From NCBI GenBank assembly GCA_964035575.1, contig OZ037837.1:310001-374000 (forward strand): a DNA stretch of 64,000 bases, in the 5' to 3' direction. This stretch comes from Rhynchopus sp. YZ270_cl-10 (Eukaryota). Below, in pieces: positions 60,901 through 64,000 of the stretch (position 1 is the first letter of the stretch; each line of letters begins with the position of its first letter). The notes beneath the pieces were generated by a model, which was not told the origin of the DNA, did not search any database, and worked only from the letters and a program-made list of their open reading frames with translations. The position numbers and the translations under genes were made by a program.

Positions 60901-62088
60901 TTCAAAAATCGACTTGTCTTTGGTAAAAACCATGAAATTTCGGGTTCGCAAAACCACGTTTTAGACCCCCACAGATGCTCAAAAGTGCCAAATTTTGCTT
61001 TAAATGGCCTCAAATCGTCGAAATTAGTCCTTTTTAGGGGCGAAAAAAAAAATTCGAGAGTCCCTTTCCCTGGGAGACAATAGCCAGAAATCTGAGAAAA
61101 AAAAAAAACTGGCCAGATTTCCAGATCTGGCCAGATCTGGGGGGTTTTTTTTTTTTTTTTGAAAAAAAAAATTTCCCAGATTCCCAGATCTGGCCAGATC
61201 TGGCCAGATCTGGAAACAAGATCTCCACATCTGGAAAACGAGCCAGATCTGGGGAATTGGCCCCCAAATCTGGCCAGATCTGGCAGCATCCGTGGTTATA
61301 CAGGACATAGGACAGATCTTTCAATCCACCCAGAAAGCACTCATACACATTATACATGAAACTTAAAAACACACGTTTGTTGAGAAACTGCCTTTTTTGA
61401 TAAACTGACGACGTGTAGACACCTCGCTTTTTTTTCGTGTGAACTCCACGTAGCAAATTTTTCAAATCCCTCCCATACCGCCCTCCATAAAACCCGCCTG
61501 TGGGGTTATTTTAAAAAGATATGAAATAATCGTCTCGATCGCAATATTTTAGAATATTTTGGAGAGACAAATAATAATAAAAACTCATGAATAGCACCTG
61601 TTATCGAGTATCGGGTACGACAGGATTTTTCCAATAATATACCACAGAAAATGCCCGATAATCACAACCGAAAAACTCGGTTGACCCGGTAATGAATTTT
61701 TTTTAAAAAATCCGATAATTTTCCGGTACCCAATAACGGGTGCCCATCCATGAAAACTAGACAGAAAAAAGAAAAAAGAAGAAGAATAAACCTGCAGAAC
61801 GCCTCTTTTCTGAGAAACGCTGTGCTATCCACCCGTCGCCAACCGGGACTCTCTCCTTCCCCAGTAATTGCCTTTTTGCAATATCTCGTCCTTTTCAGGC
61901 TTGCATACTTCCCTTTGGGATTTCCGTTCGTTCGACTAAAAAAAACACAACAAAATAAACTTCAAAAAGATATGACTTGAAATACAAAGCCTGTGACAGT
62001 GTTCCAAATAAAATTGGCATCCAAATAATTTTTTGGCGGATTTTGGGGGATTGGGAGCAATGCGACAACTATTTTTATTTTTTGCCAA

Positions 62089-62160
62089 GGGTAAATTGCG
62101 ATAACAAGTATACTTTTTTCAAAACGTAACAAAAAGTATACGTGCTATCGCAATTTGCCC
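62089..62160. mobile_element. 72-bp Mutator-like foldback MITE, 9-bp TSD TTTTGCCAA
   Basis: Imperfect arms gggtaaattgcgata..gtatactttt; TSD at 62080-62088 and 62161-62169. Confidence 0.85.
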
Positions 62161-62778
62161 TTTTGCCAAACATATTTGGGATACTGTAATCCATTTAGAG
62201 TGACTCCCCATTTGATGAGCACTCAAAACCCACTTCCTCTCATCAATCAGATGAAACGGGAATGTTTGGACAGGGTAATAGGCTTGTGTGATAGTAGGTG
62301 CCGGCGGGGGTGGGGGACAAAAGCTTGAAAGACGAAAGAGAGCCTCTTGTGAGCAAAAAATCTAAAAAAAATAATAAAAAACGATCTCTCCTTTTCTTGT
62401 GCCTTTTACTAAAACAGAAGCTACAGACATATCGGAATGCGTTTTTATTTATTTTTCGGTCGAAAAAAAACTTGATAAATAATGAAAGATGAAGAGAATA
62501 GCTGTATGGGAAGCCAAACCTCTTTTGTGCGTCAAAAAAAATAAAAAATAAAACGAGCAAAACTAATTTGGCTTTCCTTTTGGCTATTTTACAGCGACAA
62601 TAGAACCCAATGTAGCCTGGTTGTGTTTCACAACCATCAAATGGGAAAATCACGGCATAAACACTGAGTAATTCGGGTATCGAATACAAACAGGAATTCC
62701 CGGTTCCCCTGGTAGCAGAAGTACGAAAGAATTTGGGTTCCGATCACCACCCACAACCCACGCCTCCTTTTTCCACCA

Positions 62779-64000
62779 CTAATCCACACCCTCCATGAAC
62801 GATACCCTACGGAGCGGCGCTCCTCTGCCTACGGGCGTTGTTTCCCTTCTTGCCACCACACCACCTCCACCACCACCTCCACTCCCACTAGCACTCCCCG
62901 CATCACTCCTCCTCGGCGATGGCGGTGGGCTCACCCCCCCACCAGCACCATTTTCCGCATGCAGAAACGACGACGCAGCACTGCCACGCCGGACACGAGA
63001 CAGCCTCCGATCCTTGAACAGCTGAACACGGTCTGCTGCGGCTCGCCCCCTACCAACGTGCGGTGACAGGTCTGCGTACAGAGGCGTTAATACGCTGGTC
63101 GATTTGCCGCTAATGTCAGAGCCATGCAGAGAGAGGTCCGCTGCGTCCTCTTCGTATACTTGGTCATCGGGAGGGAGGAAGACGCTCAGCTCAGAGACGG
63201 AGGGGAAGAGGTGGGTGGAGGCGGGCAGTGCGGGGCTGAGGCCTGGCTTGCCGTCGCTGGAGCGTGGGCTGTTTCGTGTGCTGTGGCGTGGGCTGTTGTT
63301 GCATTCAATTTGCCAGGCCTCGTCGGAGGCAGCCCACTGTGCGTCCTGCAGGCGTGCCCTGCTGCGTGTGACAAAGACAACGCATTCGGTAAAGGCGTCC
63401 AGCACAGCCTTCCCCATCAGCACTGCAATCGCAATCCCAAACATCCCGTTCGCAAAGTCAAAGAACCACCCATCAGGGTCCTCCATATAGTACCCAGCTG
63501 AGGTAAGAAACAGCGCCACCGCCTGCAGCAGCAGAACAGCAGGGTCGATGATGTTGTCCCTGAAGCGGACGTGTGGTTTGAGGTACAGCTCGAGTGTGAA
63601 CATGATGAGGAATATGCACCCCCCCGCAAGACGCGCATGTCCGCACGCAACCATGTCCGGTGTCGCAAAGGCCTGTGTAGACGCAAGCGCAAAGCTTGCG
63701 GCAAACTCAATCACACTGAACCACACCGCCCCGGGACGGAAGCTGCGCATCACCGACGCGTAGCGGTACACCCAGTGGTATTCACGCTTCAGGCTCAGCC
63801 ACTCGCCACGCCCGGCAAAGTGTCGCCAGAACATTCCCCGGTGTGGGTCGACGTAGTACATGGCCACATTCCGCCCACCATCACTCAACGCACTGAAAAT
63901 TAGTGCAGGTGCAACCAGCGCGACAGTGACGGCCAAGACACCAAGCATCAAGTAGTCCACTTCGAAGAGAAGCATCAGACCCGCAAAGCTTGTGCCCTGG
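62779..64000 (-). CDS. C-terminal multi-TM domain and tail of a paralog of 18532-21900; 5' part beyond the right edge
   Basis: QGTSFAGLMLL, GEWLSLKREYHWVYRYASVMRSFRPGAVWF, ACGHARLAG and PHVRFRDNIID align with the 18532 protein. Confidence 0.88.
   Translation of the reverse strand, partial: QGTSFAGLMLLFEVDYLMLGVLAVTVALVAPALIFSALSDGGRNVAMYYVDPHRGMFWRHFAGRGEWLSLKREYHWVYRYASVMRSFRPGAVWFSVIEFAASFALASTQAFATPDMVACGHARLAGGCIFLIMFTLELYLKPHVRFRDNIIDPAVLLLQAVALFLTSAGYYMEDPDGWFFDFANGMFGIAIAVLMGKAVLDAFTECVVFVTRSRARLQDAQWAASDEAWQIECNNSPRHSTRNSPRSSDGKPGLSPALPASTHLFPSVSELSVFLPPDDQVYEEDAADLSLHGSDISGKSTSVLTPLYADLSPHVGRGRAAADRVQLFKDRRLSRVRRGSAASSFLHAENGAGGGVSPPPSPRRSDAGSASGSGGGGGGGVVARRETTPVGRGAPLRRVSFMEGVD

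Larger units (their letters stand above)
55409..61294. mobile_element. 5.9-kb TIR element, CACGGATGCTGCCAGATCTGGCCAGAT termini, 6-bp TSD GTTATA, no recognisable transposase
   Basis: 27-bp perfect TIR; GTTATA at 55403-55408 and 61295-61300; CCAGATCTGG palindrome clusters at both ends and at 58400-58495. Confidence 0.8.

Noticed and set aside
61594..61743. Possible GCACC...GGTGC MITE
   Set aside because: Imperfect inverted ends are visible but no TSD or second copy supports the boundaries.

Overview
Eukaryotic (protist) nuclear DNA, not prokaryotic. It has AT-rich, homopolymer-rich intergenic DNA and apparently intronless GC-richer genes. All seven host genes lie on the minus strand, which with the Pro/Thr-stalk surface proteins suggests a euglenozoan, probably a diplonemid (inference only). 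Host genes: four LRR proteins sharing one linker+LRR module under swapped N-termini (two B-box/coiled-coil, two ubiquitin-like with a C-terminal NLS), two multi-TM proteins (one with WSC domain and Pro/Thr stalk), and a Sushi-CUB-CUB-WD40 protein. Mobile DNA: a Crypton-like tyrosine-recombinase locus folded into a ~1 kb-arm palindrome, with the catalytic Trp/Tyr out of frame in both copies and repeated candidate att sites; a decayed DIRS-type RT/RNase H cut off by a 2.2 kb (TACCATAG)n array; and over a dozen TIR elements with TSDs of 2, 3, 5, 6, 8 and 9 bp. Most notable are CAC...GTG elements with 6-bp TSDs, three elements with unrelated ends sharing one internal core, an LRR array built from an invariant 30-bp DNA block plus reshuffled variable cassettes, and many 35-60 bp dispersed modules. 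All alignments were done by eye; domain calls rest on motif recognition, not database searches.
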